Counted from the stretch's first letter, positions 11,195 to 22,726 are shown. The stretch: 64,000 bases of DNA from Rubripirellula sp. (GCA_965216875.1 OZ244207.1:4640001-4704000); one strand, 5' to 3'. The notes: generated by a model not told the origin, from the sequence alone. Made by a program: numbers and translations.

Positions 11195-12217
11195 ATGGCT
11201 TTGGTCCCTCTCCGCGTTGTCCTCGATCACGCGGCCGAAAACGATTACGGCGTTGCCGCGTTCAACGTCAACAACATGGAACAAATCCAGGCGATCATGG
11301 AAGCCGCCCAGGAGACTGACTCGCCAGTCATCATCCAAGCTTCGCGTGGTGCACGTGCCTACTCGCAAGACGCTTACCTGCGTCACCTGATGTTGGCTGC
11401 CACCGAACTTTACCCACACATTCCAACCGTGATGCACCAAGACCACGGTAACAGCCCCGAGACCTGCTTGTCGGCAATCGAAAACGGCTTCACCAGCGTC
11501 ATGATGGACGGATCGCTGATGGAAGACGGCCAAACCCCAGCCGATTACGACTACAACGTCAAAGTGACCGCGGAAGTCGTCAAGATGGCTCACGCTCGCG
11601 GCGTTTCGGTCGAAGGCGAACTCGGTTGCCTCGGTTCGCTCGAATCGGGCGGTGGCGAACAAGAAGACGGTCACGGTGCCGTTGGCGAATTGAGCCACGA
11701 CCAACTGTTGACTGACCCCGAAGAAGCAAAACGCTTCGTCGAAGAAACCGGCTGTGACGCGTTGGCCGTCGCGATCGGAACCAGCCACGGTGCTTACAAG
11801 TTCACCAAGAAGCCTACCGGCGAAGTTTTGGCGATGAGCCGAATCGAAGAGATTCACGCTCAATTGCCAAACACCCACTTGGTCATGCACGGCAGCAGCA
11901 GTGTCCCACAAGAGCTTCAAGACATCATCAACCAATACGGTGGTGAGATGAAGCAAACCTACGGCGTGCCTGTCGAAGAAATCCAACGTGGTATCAAGAG
12001 CGGTGTTCGCAAGATCAACGTCGACACCGACTGCCGCATGGCGATCACCGGTGCGATCCGCAAGGTCCTGACCGAAGATCCTTCGGCATTCGACCCACGT
12101 GCTTACCTCAAGCCAGCTCGTGCAGCAATGAAAGAAGTTTGCGTCGCACGCATGACCGCATTCGGTCAAGCTGGCAACGGCGAAAAGCTGCGTAGCTCGA
12201 TGGGCGCAACTGCCTGA
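11195..12217 (+). CDS. fba: Fructose-bisphosphate aldolase class II
   Basis: [34 protein letters not shown] motifs. Confidence 0.95.
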   Translation: MALVPLRVVLDHAAENDYGVAAFNVNNMEQIQAIMEAAQETDSPVIIQASRGARAYSQDAYLRHLMLAATELYPHIPTVMHQDHGNSPETCLSAIENGFTSVMMDGSLMEDGQTPADYDYNVKVTAEVVKMAHARGVSVEGELGCLGSLESGGGEQEDGHGAVGELSHDQLLTDPEEAKRFVEETGCDALAVAIGTSHGAYKFTKKPTGEVLAMSRIEEIHAQLPNTHLVMHGSSSVPQELQDIINQYGGEMKQTYGVPVEEIQRGIKSGVRKINVDTDCRMAITGAIRKVLTEDPSAFDPRAYLKPARAAMKEVCVARMTAFGQAGNGEKLRSSMGATA

Positions 12218-12249
12218 TCCGGCTTCGATCCAAGCTAAGAAAAACGAAG

Positions 12250-12279
12250 AGCCGGCGCGTTTTCGCGTCGGCCTTTTTT
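12250..12279 (+). terminator. Probable intrinsic terminator after fba
   Basis: GCCGGCGCG-TTTT-CGCGTCGGC hairpin followed by a T run. Confidence 0.7.
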
Positions 12280-13713
12280 ATGTTCCCACACCTGATCGAG
12301 GCGTTTCGTCACCAATGCCGAGTCCAACCGGACGCGGTAGCGCTGATCGTCCCCGATGGCGACGCGACCGCTTCATTCAACTGGCGACAACTCCAGCAGA
12401 TCGTTGCGACGTTCGCGTCCGACCTGCGCCAGCGCGTTGAAGGACAATTCGCTGATCAAGGCCAACCAGTCGTCGCTCACCCCAGCGACAACACTCTCGC
12501 CGACGTTGTCGTGGCTCTTTCCTGTATCGCGATCGGTGCAATCGAAGTCCCGATCGATCATCGTCTTGGTGACGAGGAAGTCGATCAACTGCGCGGCCAA
12601 GTTGGCGGCCTCTGGTTATCGAAAGCCGAACGCAGCGCGTCATTGGCGAAGGCTCGTCGCAGCAGCGAATCGGACGCCGACTGCTCCGAAACCCTATTCG
12701 AAACGAAGATCGATCCCGATGCACCCTCGTTGATCCTGTGGACCAGCGGCACGACGGGAACGCCTCGCGGCGTGGTGTTGTCTCAGCGGAGTCTCACGCA
12801 AAATGCGGCCGCTAAGCTTGCCGCTGTGCCTGAGTCTGCGGCGGATGTGAGGCTCTGTTCTTTACCTCTTTGCCACGCCTACGCGCGGACCTGCGACATG
12901 GGCACTTGGTTGCTCAGCGGCTGTACGCTCGCGCTGACGCTCGGTTACGCAGGCTGGCAGCGACTCGGACCTCACGTTCGTCCAACGATCGCAAACACCG
13001 TGCCCAGTCTTGCGCTTCGACTCTTTGAATCGGCTACCGAAACGACCGGATCGAGTCGTTTGCGTTTGCTCGGTTGTGGCGGTGCAGCGATCAGTGAATC
13101 AGCGTTCAACGGATGGAAACAGCGCGGCGTCACGGTCATCCAAGGCTACGGTTTGACGGAAACATCGCCCGTGATTTGCAGTGCGAGCCCTGAGAACGCA
13201 ACAGCGGGTCTGGTTGGCCCGTTTGTTGACGGATGGGATCACGAAACCCGCGACGGCAGACTCTTCGTCCGCGGCCCCGCGATGATGCTCGGCTACTGGA
13301 AGGATGATGAAGCGACTGCACACAAAATCATCGACGGCTGGCTCGACACAGGCGACCTCGTTGAAACCGATGCCGCGTCGGGACAGGTTCGAATCCTGGG
13401 ACGTGCCGATGAAGTGATCGTGCTCGACTCAGGACGCAAGATTCACCCGCTCGGCATTGAAAAAGAACTCTGCGAAATCGACGGCGTCGACCACGCGATG
13501 CTTCACTACCAAAACGGCAAGCTACAACTGTGGCTCGATGCGAAAGGGGAAATCAACGCAGCCGATCTCGAGAAACTGTTTCAGACGAAACCGCACTGGC
13601 AGCGGCCAGTCATGATCCACACCTTCAAGCCCCGTCTATCGCGTGCTGCCGGTGAATTGACCTCCAAAGGAACATTGCGCCGCAAGCAGATCATGGCCAA
13701 TCGAAAACGGTAA
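12280..13713 (+). CDS. AMP-binding enzyme (acyl-CoA synthetase-like)
   Basis: WTSGTTGTPRG, QGYGLTET, TGDL, GRAD motifs. Confidence 0.9.
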   Translation: MFPHLIEAFRHQCRVQPDAVALIVPDGDATASFNWRQLQQIVATFASDLRQRVEGQFADQGQPVVAHPSDNTLADVVVALSCIAIGAIEVPIDHRLGDEEVDQLRGQVGGLWLSKAERSASLAKARRSSESDADCSETLFETKIDPDAPSLILWTSGTTGTPRGVVLSQRSLTQNAAAKLAAVPESAADVRLCSLPLCHAYARTCDMGTWLLSGCTLALTLGYAGWQRLGPHVRPTIANTVPSLALRLFESATETTGSSRLRLLGCGGAAISESAFNGWKQRGVTVIQGYGLTETSPVICSASPENATAGLVGPFVDGWDHETRDGRLFVRGPAMMLGYWKDDEATAHKIIDGWLDTGDLVETDAASGQVRILGRADEVIVLDSGRKIHPLGIEKELCEIDGVDHAMLHYQNGKLQLWLDAKGEINAADLEKLFQTKPHWQRPVMIHTFKPRLSRAAGELTSKGTLRRKQIMANRKR

Positions 13714-13824
13714 GCGGCATGAACACCAGCGAGCCGGGATTTGGAATTGCGAGGGTAGCAAGCCACAGAGGACACGGAGAGCGCCGAGCAAAAAAAGCAC
13801 CATCGCTCCTACTCGTACTCATCT

Positions 13825-13922
13825 GTGAGCCGCGATCGCGTAAGCGGCCGGGCCCTTAGTCGCCTTCACACTCGATTCGCGTCGGCAAGGGCCCGAGGCC
13901 TCACGGCCAGCGGCTCACGGGC
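13825..13922. repeat. Palindromic repeat family F (GTGAGCCG...CGGCTCAC)
   Basis: Inverted copies at 20975-21070 and 61562-61652. Confidence 0.8.
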
Positions 13923-13961
13923 ACGCTTTGGAAATGCGCCGCTCAGGTTGTGGCGGCCACG

Positions 13962-15125
13962 TTACGCCGGGTCGTACGCTGCGCTGCCGAGCCCGCGACC
14001 TCGTGGCAGGAATTTGCACATCACAATGCCAAGCATGTAAAGGAACACGAGCGGGATCGCTAGTGCGACCATACTCGTCACATCGGCGGGGGTCAGCAAC
14101 ATCGAGATAACGAAGATCACCAGGATCGCCACTTTCCAACTTGCGATGTACGACTCGGTTTCGATCAAACCGATGCGTTGCAGGAACAACATCACCAACG
14201 GCAACTGGAATGCGATGCCAAATCCAAGCGGCAACAACAACACAAAGTTGACGTAGTAAGTGAGCCGTGGTTCCACCGCGACGTCCATCGATCCATTGAA
14301 TGCAAGCAGGAAGCTGAGAACGTAGTGAAGCACGAGGAAGAAGGCGAGCACGACACCTGAGACGAACAACACCACACTGAGCGGCAGGTACAAATAAACG
14401 TACTTGCGTTCATGTTGGTGCAGACCCGCGGCGACAAACGTCCACAGGTGATAAAAGATCATCGGCGAAGCAAGGACGGCGCCAACAATCAGCCCCGCCT
14501 TGATCCAGATCATGAACGGCTCTTCCATTTTCAGCGAGCTGACACCGATTCGGTTTTCGATCAACTGCACCTTCGGCTTGAGCGATGCCGGGTCGGGAAG
14601 CTGCGACAGCAACTTGGCCATCTCGAATGGCTTCACCGTGGTTGACGGTGCCACCGATAGCTCGACGTTGTCCGCTTGGTCCTCTGATTCCTCTTCGGAC
14701 TCGTCATCACTCTTAGGTGTGTTCCCCTCTTCGTCACTCGACTCGTCATCACTCTTGTCATCGCCGTCATCCGCCGGCTCGACGGAATCGAGCGTTAGGT
14801 TTTGCAGCTCCTCAGGCACTTCATAGACGACCTGCCACTCCAGCTCGTTCTTCATCAAGAATTCACGAAGCGGTTGAACCTCTTCGTCATCGAGCCGATC
14901 GCCATAGCCGAGGCGATGTAAATCGCGGTCGGTGTTGAACTGGCGAATCGCTCCGGTCAGCGGCGTTTGAATGAAAACGATGATACGGTCTGCAAAAATC
15001 AACCCGATGGCCAATCCGATGCCGAGCCATATGATCGCTTTGACCAGGCATTTCCGTAGCTCTTCGAGGTGTTCCCCGAAGGTCATCGTCGAATTGTCAA
15101 AAAGATCGTCTTTGGGGCGTTCCAC
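13962..15125 (-). CDS. tatC: Twin-arginine translocase subunit TatC
   Basis: MTFGEHLEELR, FVAAGLHQHE, FQLP, LTPAD motifs; acidic insert; GTG start. Confidence 0.92.
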   Translation of the reverse strand: MERPKDDLFDNSTMTFGEHLEELRKCLVKAIIWLGIGLAIGLIFADRIIVFIQTPLTGAIRQFNTDRDLHRLGYGDRLDDEEVQPLREFLMKNELEWQVVYEVPEELQNLTLDSVEPADDGDDKSDDESSDEEGNTPKSDDESEEESEDQADNVELSVAPSTTVKPFEMAKLLSQLPDPASLKPKVQLIENRIGVSSLKMEEPFMIWIKAGLIVGAVLASPMIFYHLWTFVAAGLHQHERKYVYLYLPLSVVLFVSGVVLAFFLVLHYVLSFLLAFNGSMDVAVEPRLTYYVNFVLLLPLGFGIAFQLPLVMLFLQRIGLIETESYIASWKVAILVIFVISMLLTPADVTSMVALAIPLVFLYMLGIVMCKFLPRGRGLGSAAYDPA

Positions 15126-15419
15126 GCGGATCTCGTTTGAACAGATGGAAGGAGGGTGTCAATCAATCGGAAGTTTGCGGTTCCCAATGCCCTAAAACAG
15201 GGCAACATGCGTCAAAGGGGGTAACGCTGGGATCGACCACGGCTCCAGAAACCGACCGCGATCATACGGTGGCGGAGACATTTTGGCCTATGAGGCAAAC
15301 TGGCCGCTTAGGCCTCTTCCACAGTGTAACAGCGGTTGGCAAAATCGACCGCGCCCTTTCTGGCCGGTTCGTTCACTAAACGCGTCCCTAAATGCGTTGT
15401 AACCATCGAATTCGTAACT

Positions 15420-16388
15420 ATGACCCCCTATCCGATCCGATTTCGGCCCTTGTTGAAGCAAACGATCTGGGGAGGTCGCCGACTCGGCGATCAATTGGGC
15501 AAAACACTCGGCCCTGAATCCAATTACGCCGAAAGCTGGGAAGTGGTCGACCACGGTGCTGATCAGAGCGTCGTCGAGAATGGACCACTCGCCGGTTCCA
15601 CGTTGGCCGACTTGATTCGCGACCACGCCGGTTGGCTTCTGGGTAACGCCCCAAACAATCAGACCGCCTTCCCACTCCTTTTGAAATACCTCGATTGCAA
15701 CCGCGTCCTCTCGGTTCAAGTGCACCCCGATGATCGATACGGTTTGGCGATGCCCGAACCCGACTTGGGAAAAACGGAAGCTTGGTTCATTGTTGATGCC
15801 GAACCAGACGCGTTGATCTACGCGGGGCTAAAAGAGGGTGTCGATCGCGAACAACTTGCCGCCGCGATCCAGCAGGGCACGACCGAAGAAACACTCCATT
15901 CGTTTCATCCTCAACCGGGCGACTGTGTCTTTATCCCGGCCGGAACCGTGCACGCGTTGGGCGCCGGCTTGCTCGTTGCTGAGATCCAACAATCAAGCAA
16001 CACCACGTTTCGCTTGTTTGACTGGAACCGTGTCGACAGCAAGGGCAACGCGCGACCACTGCACATCGAACAAGCGATCGAAGTGACCGACTACGAAAGT
16101 GGTCCCGTGCCGCCTCGACGGACCGATCCAGCGAAAGGCAATTGGCAAACGATCGTCGAATGCGACAAGTTTGTTTTCCGAGCCCTGCGGCGTGGCGCAG
16201 CTGAACTCAATGGCGATCAGAAGTTTCACATCCTGACTGTTCCACGCGGTCAGGCTGACCTGGAAGTTGGCGGCGAAACGATGTCACTCGAAACCGGAGA
16301 ATCGGTACTGATTCCCGCAGCGTTCAAATCTGCCAACATCACGGTCACCTCCGATGTCGGCACCGTGCTGGAAATGCATCTCCCCTAG
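15420..16388 (+). CDS. manA: Type I mannose-6-phosphate isomerase (cupin)
   Basis: IWGG, LLKYLD, LSVQVHPDD, GKTEAW, GTVHA, EIQQSS motifs. Confidence 0.9.
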   Translation: MTPYPIRFRPLLKQTIWGGRRLGDQLGKTLGPESNYAESWEVVDHGADQSVVENGPLAGSTLADLIRDHAGWLLGNAPNNQTAFPLLLKYLDCNRVLSVQVHPDDRYGLAMPEPDLGKTEAWFIVDAEPDALIYAGLKEGVDREQLAAAIQQGTTEETLHSFHPQPGDCVFIPAGTVHALGAGLLVAEIQQSSNTTFRLFDWNRVDSKGNARPLHIEQAIEVTDYESGPVPPRRTDPAKGNWQTIVECDKFVFRALRRGAAELNGDQKFHILTVPRGQADLEVGGETMSLETGESVLIPAAFKSANITVTSDVGTVLEMHLP

Positions 16389-16398
16389 AGTCCAAGTG

Positions 16399-16561
16399 GT
16401 AGTGGACGAGGCTACGAGTCCTTCGTTCTTCGCTTTCGCGACATCAAGGATTAACTCAGGGACTCGTTGCCTCGTCCACTACGACTCTGGGACTCGTAGC
16501 CTCGTCCACTACGACTCAAGGACTCGTTGCCGACTCTGGGACTCGTGGCCTCGTCCACTAC
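16399..16561. repeat. GTAG REP cluster, family D (GTAGTGGACGAGGCTACGAGTCC)
   Basis: One forward copy at 16399, then reverse-complement copies at 16460, 16490, 16520 (partial) and 16539. Confidence 0.85.
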
Positions 16562-16787
16562 GGGCATGCACCTGCGTTTCCGGACTAATCTTCCTAATCA
16601 CGATTGGTTGGCGTGAAATCACGCACATGGCAGTGCTATCACTTCATCGCGTGATTCCGGAAAAACGATAGCAAGGATGAGAGCCGTACTGAATCGATCT
16701 TGGCCCAGCCTTGCTGGACTTCGTAGGCTCGATCACCTCCCAACCGGCGGACACGGAACCGCCGATTCGTGCCGAAAGGAAGCGCAA

Positions 16788-17054
16788 ATGCGTCGTAGCA
16801 TCCTCACCGCCAATCTTTGCCTGATCGCCCTCTTTGCGGCGACATGTTTCTCGGGATGCCGCGGTCGCCAATGGTTCAAACCGCCTGGCCCCATGCTCGA
16901 ACAGCAAGCCAATGCGATCGTGCATGATCCGTATCCACAGGATGACATCGCTCCGTCGGACCCCTCGGTCCGCCCGCCGAGTTACCAGCGTCCGTTGGCC
17001 GAGCCCGTGCGCAACCGTCTGGTCCCCGATGCGATGCCTTGGCTAGGACGCTAG
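16788..17054 (+). CDS. Small putative lipoprotein
   Basis: AAGGAAG RBS, hydrophobic stretch ending in FSGC lipobox, Pro-rich body. Confidence 0.7.
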   Translation: MRRSILTANLCLIALFAATCFSGCRGRQWFKPPGPMLEQQANAIVHDPYPQDDIAPSDPSVRPPSYQRPLAEPVRNRLVPDAMPWLGR

Positions 17055-17297
17055 TCTCGCGTTATCTGGGAAACGCGATGGATTCCGCTCGCGCCAGCTT
17101 GCCAATTCGAAGCTGTGCGTAGCGACCTTCGCCAGAAAGTGGATTGGTGGGCAATCCCGGCCCAATCCCGCGCATTCTGATGCGCATCTCGGGGATGTCA
17201 CGCGCACCGTGACCACCCGCCCCGACATGGGGCGACTGTCAGAGTGGGGCGGTTTTGGTAGGTTGTTCGCTGAACGCAAACACCTGCCGAGTCACCG

Positions 17298-18530
17298 ATG
17301 CCCAAGAAGAAAAAACCCGCTCCGCCAAAGAAAGACCAGACCCAAAGGTTGCAGCGTCTGTTGGCCTCAGCTGGATATGGCAGCCGTCGACAATGCGAAG
17401 AGCTGATCGAGGCTGGACGGGTAGAGGTCGATGGCGACATCATCACCAAGCTCGGCACGAACGCCGATCCGACGGTCAACAAGATTCGGGTCGACGGCGT
17501 CCTGCTGAAGAAGCAAAAGCTGGTCTACTACGCCGTCAACAAACCAGTTGGGGTCGTGACCACCAATTCGGACCCGCAGGGGCGTCCACGCGTGGTCGAT
17601 CTGGTCCCGAAGAGCGAACGGGTATTTGCCGTCGGGCGTCTCGACCGCAGCAGTGAAGGCCTGATCCTGCTGACCAACGACGGCGACCTCGCCCAACGAT
17701 TGACTCACCCCAAGTTCGGCGTCCGCAAGATCTACCGCGTGACCGTGGCTGGGCGAGTTGACCGCGAAACGATGAAACAAATGCGGCAGGGCATCTACAT
17801 CGCCGAAGGCCGCGTCGCCGTGGAAGGTGCCAAGATCTTCAAGTCGCGCAGTAAGGCGACGGAGATGGAAATCGTGCTGCGTGAGGGTAAGAATCGCGAG
17901 ATCCGCCGCATCCTCGCTCGACTCGGCCACAAGGTGCTTCAACTTCGTCGAATTGCGGTCGGCCCGCTGCGACTTGGTGACATGCCACCAGGTTCCTATC
18001 GAGTCGTCAGCCGCGAAGAAATCAAGAAGCTGCAACTCGCTTCCGATCCTGATCAAGCCGAAGCTCCCAAACGTCGTACCAAGAAGGGAGCACGCAAGGG
18101 TTCGTCGCCAACATCCGCCAAACCTCAAAGCGGCGGCAAGGCGAAGGGAAAGAAGCCTGGGTCGCGGAGCAAGTCCCGATTCGATGCATCCAGCAGCGAT
18201 GCCGGATTCGCTGCGACACCGCGTTCGGGTGCCGTGATCGGCGCAGTGATTGGAGGCGATGCACCCGAGCCATCCGAAGAATCGCGACCACGACGCGCCA
18301 CGAAAAAACGCAGCGTCAAACGAGGCGCAACCGGTGGCAAGAAACGCGCAACCAAAAAGTCATCGCGTAATCCATCGGCTAGCAAGTCGCGCGGCAAGGC
18401 GTCGAAAAAGAGTTCTACAGGACGCTCGGGGGGACGCAGCGGAAGCACGCGCGCCGCGGGCAAACCGACCAAACGAACAACCAAGAAACGCGGCGCAAAA
18501 AAGCGTTCAACGAAGAAACGAAACAGGTAG
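17298..18530 (+). CDS. rluB: RluB/RsuA-family rRNA pseudouridine synthase with basic C-terminal tail
   Basis: S4 domain RLQRLLASAGYGSRR; VGRLD; EGKNREIRR. Confidence 0.88.
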   Translation: MPKKKKPAPPKKDQTQRLQRLLASAGYGSRRQCEELIEAGRVEVDGDIITKLGTNADPTVNKIRVDGVLLKKQKLVYYAVNKPVGVVTTNSDPQGRPRVVDLVPKSERVFAVGRLDRSSEGLILLTNDGDLAQRLTHPKFGVRKIYRVTVAGRVDRETMKQMRQGIYIAEGRVAVEGAKIFKSRSKATEMEIVLREGKNREIRRILARLGHKVLQLRRIAVGPLRLGDMPPGSYRVVSREEIKKLQLASDPDQAEAPKRRTKKGARKGSSPTSAKPQSGGKAKGKKPGSRSKSRFDASSSDAGFAATPRSGAVIGAVIGGDAPEPSEESRPRRATKKRSVKRGATGGKKRATKKSSRNPSASKSRGKASKKSSTGRSGGRSGSTRAAGKPTKRTTKKRGAKKRSTKKRNR

Positions 18531-18542
18531 ACGCAACGGACC

Positions 18543-19427
18543 ATGGGAAAACTGCACGCCGACTATTACGCCGACTCGATGGTGCAAGTCACCGCGCCGA
18601 TCGAGCGCAATGATGAGATCGCCGAAAAGACCTTTTTGGTGCGAGTCGCTGCCGAGGAAATCGCAAGCACGGCCGTCCCCGGTCAGTTCGTGATGATTCG
18701 ATTGGCCGGCACCGATGCTCCCCTGATCGGTCGCGCGTTGGCCATCTACGACATCGTCGATGACGAGCACGGAAACCCCCGCTACCTCGATTTGGTCTAT
18801 CTCAAAAAGGGCACACTCACGTCGCTGCTTGCTACCTCGCCGGTCGGAACCGAACTCACCGTATGGGGTCCACTGGGCAACGGGTTTGCCAACCGTCCGT
18901 GTGACCGCTTGATCATGGCCGCAGGCGGAATTGGTCAGACCCCCATGTTGATCATGGGGCGCGAAGCCAAGGGGACTCAGTCATTCGGCGACGCAGGCCG
19001 ACAATCAGGCTGGGCATCCAACGTCGAACTGATCTACGGCGCCCGGACCAAGTCGTTGCTTGCCGGCGTCGATGACTTTCGCGAGGCCGGATTCGACGTC
19101 ACGCTGTGCACCGATGACGGCAGCGAAGGGCTTCACCAACGCGTTCCGGATGTCCTTGCCGCGCGACTTGCCGAACTTGCCGGCAGTGGCGAATCGATCC
19201 GTGTGGTCACCTGTGGCCCAGAGATCATGATGGAGAAGGTCTCTGAAGCTTGCGAAGCCGCTTCGGTCGACTGCCAAGTCTCGATGGAGACCCCGATGGC
19301 TTGTGGGATCGGAATCTGCTTTTCCTGCGTCGCTCAAGTCCGTCAGGATGAAGGTCCCGAAGAATGGGACTACAAACGCACTTGTGTCGAAGGCCCGATC
19401 TTTGACGCTGACAAGATTTGTTGGTGA
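18543..19427 (+). CDS. pyrK: Dihydroorotate dehydrogenase electron transfer subunit
   Basis: PGQFVM, GPLGNGF, GGIG, CGPEIMM, MACGIGICFSC...C 2Fe-2S motif. Confidence 0.88.
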   Translation: MGKLHADYYADSMVQVTAPIERNDEIAEKTFLVRVAAEEIASTAVPGQFVMIRLAGTDAPLIGRALAIYDIVDDEHGNPRYLDLVYLKKGTLTSLLATSPVGTELTVWGPLGNGFANRPCDRLIMAAGGIGQTPMLIMGREAKGTQSFGDAGRQSGWASNVELIYGARTKSLLAGVDDFREAGFDVTLCTDDGSEGLHQRVPDVLAARLAELAGSGESIRVVTCGPEIMMEKVSEACEAASVDCQVSMETPMACGIGICFSCVAQVRQDEGPEEWDYKRTCVEGPIFDADKICW

Positions 19428-19558
19428 CCCCGAAAAGAAACAAGGGACACGAAAGCACACAAGTGCCCCGGCATGATGCCGATGTGTGCTTACGCGTCCC
19501 TTGTCGTGTTCTTTCCGACGCGCGGTCGGTCCCACGCGTTCATGTTCAATGCAACCGA

Positions 19559-20518
19559 TTAGCGGTAGAACGAACCATTGGTCGTTGGTGCAGAGCTTCC
19601 CGTCGGGTAACCGCCAGCACCAGCAGTGCTGCCTGGTGAATACCCACTTGGGACGTCGCTCGTGGCCGATGGCGGAGCGAGTGCTGGAAGTGAATCGAGC
19701 GTTGTGCTCGGTGCGGTCACATCCGCAGTGCTTGCGGTCGAAAAGTCAGGTGCTGTCGCTGCGGGCGGTGCTAAGTCGGAAGGCGGTGCAAAACCTGCAG
19801 GCTTGGTGTCGGCGATCGATGCGGTCGCGCCACCTGCTGGCAATCCGAACGACGGTGGCTCAGCAGTTGCAGCTGCCACAGCGGGACTCACGCCACCTGG
19901 CAGAGTGAAACCGCCAGGCGTTGAGGTTTGGGCCGGAGCGGTCACGCCAGCCGGAGCTGTCATGCCAGTAGGTGCCGTTGGTGATCCTGATCCGGGAAGA
20001 GCGTAGCTTGTCGATGGTGTCGGCGCACTGGGTGCCGATGGTGCCTCGGTCTTTGGCGTGAATGTTTTGGCGCCAAAACTGTACCCCGAGGGTTTGGTCG
20101 GTGTGTAACCAGCAGGCGTCGCGGGAGTGCCGAATCCATTCGCTTGTGCCGCTGCAAGGTTCGTCTTGGGCGAGCTGGCGTATCCTGGTAGTTGGCCGCC
20201 AGCCTGCGCTGTCGCCGACAAGCCCGGAGCGGAAGTGCCAGGCGCGGACAGACCCGGCGCCGACTCAGGTTGTCCCGTCGAAACAGGAACGCCTGTGCCA
20301 CCGGCGATCGATGCGATCGCTTCCGGGGTTGCCGATGCACTTGGTGGTGCTGGGAAACTGGTGGTTGGGCCAGCGGCAATGGTTTCAACCGAAGGCTTGC
20401 TGCCCATGCCAAACATGCCCATGCCAGGCATACTGCGGCAGCCTGTGGAAATCAGCGCCATCGCGGCGCAACCAGTCACGACCAAGCGGCCTGCGCGTGT
20501 GGTGTTGTTCGAGAGCAT
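19559..20518 (-). CDS. Pro/Ala/Thr-rich putative lipoprotein
   Basis: LISTGC lipobox followed by low-complexity sequence. Confidence 0.7.
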   Translation of the reverse strand: MLSNNTTRAGRLVVTGCAAMALISTGCRSMPGMGMFGMGSKPSVETIAAGPTTSFPAPPSASATPEAIASIAGGTGVPVSTGQPESAPGLSAPGTSAPGLSATAQAGGQLPGYASSPKTNLAAAQANGFGTPATPAGYTPTKPSGYSFGAKTFTPKTEAPSAPSAPTPSTSYALPGSGSPTAPTGMTAPAGVTAPAQTSTPGGFTLPGGVSPAVAAATAEPPSFGLPAGGATASIADTKPAGFAPPSDLAPPAATAPDFSTASTADVTAPSTTLDSLPALAPPSATSDVPSGYSPGSTAGAGGYPTGSSAPTTNGSFYR

Positions 20519-20776
20519 CCCTGCGTCCTTACAAATTCGATGTTGATCGCTCAACTGAGGTGTTTGGTTTTTCGGGTCTTCCCTGACCTCAAAGCCAACC
20601 AAACCGGCAAAACTTATCACGTTTGCCTCAAATCCATTCCGTCCAGCTGGACGTCGTCCAAGACTGGCGAGAGCCCGGACGTTAAATCGCCAGCGAAAAC
20701 CATGTCAAGGCAGAAAAAACAGAGCAGGGAAACTCGCAGTGAAACTGCGACAACATTCCTCCAGAGCGGGAAGACG

Positions 20777-21070
20777 CTAGTGCTGCGGATTGCAACTGCG
20801 CCCGTTAACACTCTCCCTTGGGAGAGTCGGGCTCTAAGGCCCGGAGAGGGTTTGTATGGTTCATTCCCTCCTCGGACTTTGCGTCCGACCCTCCCGCAAG
20901 CGGGAGGGTGCTAGTGCTGCGGATTGCAATCTTGGTACCACAGAGCCACTTCTTGCGCAGTTTTGGCGGTGCCCGTGAGCCGCTGGCCGTCAGGCCTCGG
21001 GCCCTTGCCGGCGCGCAGATGCTTTGAAGGCGATCAAAGCCCGGCCGCTTACGCGATCTCGGCTCACCCA
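20777..21070. repeat. Composite repeat: family A bracketed by 19-bp direct repeats, followed by family F
   Basis: CTAGTGCTGCGGATTGCAA at 20777 and 20911; 20911-21070 is similar to 61497-61652. Confidence 0.8.
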
Positions 21071-21154
21071 CGAGCGAAAGGCGACAAAAAAACGCAGATG
21101 AAGATCGGCGTCTTCACCTGCGTTTGATTGAAATCGATTTGGGAACGATTGGAC

Positions 21155-22663
21155 CTAGACGGCGCCAACTTCCATCGAAGTGCCCATCGTTTGACCGGGA
21201 GCGGGCAGGTTGCTCGAACCGGTCAAGTAGATGTCGATCGCGCGGGCAGCTCCGCGACCTTCGTTGATCGCCCAAACGACAAGGCTTTGACCGCGACGGC
21301 AGTCACCCGCGGTGAACACACCTTCGATGTTGGTCGCGTAAACACCATGTTCGGCTTGGAAGTTACTGCGAGGATCGACGTCCAATTGCAATACATCGGC
21401 AACGTACTGCTCAGGACCGAGGAAACCCATCGCCAGCAAGATCAACTGCGCGGGCCATTCCTTTTCGCTACCTTCGACTTCGGCCATTTCCCAACCGCCG
21501 TCGTCGTTCTTGGTCCATTTCACCTCGACCGTTTTGATGCCACGAAGATTGCCATCGTCGTCGGTCAAGAACCCTTTCGAGAGGATCTGGTACTCGCGAG
21601 GATCGCGTCCAAACTTGGCCTCGGCTTCTTCGTGACCGTAGTCGACGCGGAAGATACGCGGCCATTCTGGCCAAGGGTTATCTTCGGCGCGATCTTCTGG
21701 CGGTTTGGGCAGCAATTCAAAGTTCACCATGCTGCGGCAGCCGTCACGGATACTGGTTCCGATACAGTCGGTTCCGGTATCACCACCACCGATGACGATC
21801 ACGTCTTTGCCCTCAGCACTGATGAAATCGTTGCCGAGAGAATCGCCGTGGACCACTTGTTTGGTATGGGCGGTCAGGAATTCCATCGCAAAGTGAACGC
21901 CTTTAGCATCGCGATTTGGAATCGGCAAATCACGAGGCTTGGTCGCACCACAAGCGAGTAGCACGGCGTCGTTGTCTTCGTGAAGCTGTTTCGGGTCAAC
22001 GTTTTGCCCGACGTTGGCGCCAGTCACAAACTTGATCCCTTCGGCTTCCATCTTGTCCAAACGACGTTGCAGCACGTCCTTGCCAAGTTTCATGTTTGGA
22101 ATGCCGTACTGCAGCAAGCCACCGATACGATCTTCGCGTTCGTAAACGGTGACTTCGTGACCCGCCTGGTTGAGCTGATCCGCAGCGGCCAATCCGGCCG
22201 GACCACTACCGATCACAGCGACCTTTTTGCCGCTGCGCGTTTCTGGCGGATCAGGTTGAATCCAACCTTCGGCCCACGCGCGGTCGATGATCGCGTTTTC
22301 GATGTTCTTGATCGTCACTGGTGGGTTATTGATGCCAAGCACGCACGAACCTTCGCACGGGGCAGGGCAGACACGACCGGTGAACTCAGGAAAGTTGTTG
22401 GTCTTGTGCAAACGCTCGTTGGCTTCTTTCCAACGATTGTTGTAGACCAAGTCGTTCCATTCGGGGATCAAGTTGTCGATCGGGCAACCTGTTCCCGACT
22501 GACAGAACGGAACACCACAATCCATGCATCGAGCGCCCTGCTGTTGCAGTTGTTCGACGCGAGGCTCGGTGTAGATCTCGTCGTAATCGTTGATACGGAC
22601 GACCGGCAGACGCCATGGCACTTTCTTGCGATCAAACTCTTTAAAACCGGTTGGCTTTCCCAT
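21155..22663 (-). CDS. gltD: Glutamate synthase small subunit
   Basis: [50 protein letters not shown] motifs. Confidence 0.97.
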   Translation of the reverse strand: MGKPTGFKEFDRKKVPWRLPVVRINDYDEIYTEPRVEQLQQQGARCMDCGVPFCQSGTGCPIDNLIPEWNDLVYNNRWKEANERLHKTNNFPEFTGRVCPAPCEGSCVLGINNPPVTIKNIENAIIDRAWAEGWIQPDPPETRSGKKVAVIGSGPAGLAAADQLNQAGHEVTVYEREDRIGGLLQYGIPNMKLGKDVLQRRLDKMEAEGIKFVTGANVGQNVDPKQLHEDNDAVLLACGATKPRDLPIPNRDAKGVHFAMEFLTAHTKQVVHGDSLGNDFISAEGKDVIVIGGGDTGTDCIGTSIRDGCRSMVNFELLPKPPEDRAEDNPWPEWPRIFRVDYGHEEAEAKFGRDPREYQILSKGFLTDDDGNLRGIKTVEVKWTKNDDGGWEMAEVEGSEKEWPAQLILLAMGFLGPEQYVADVLQLDVDPRSNFQAEHGVYATNIEGVFTAGDCRRGQSLVVWAINEGRGAARAIDIYLTGSSNLPAPGQTMGTSMEVGAV

Positions 22664-22726
22664 CGCTCGTTACTCTCAAAAAGACTCTTCGTTGTATTCG
22701 GTTGTTCGGTGGACTTGGATGATTGA

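Noticed and set aside
16399..16561. Possible CRISPR array (23-bp repeats)
   Set aside because: Spacers are only ~7 bp and near-identical, one copy is inverted, and there are no cas genes; this fits a REP cluster
17200..17262. GC-rich hairpin upstream of the RluB-type gene as a tRNA or ncRNA
   Set aside because: No cloverleaf, T-loop or CCA; only a simple stem
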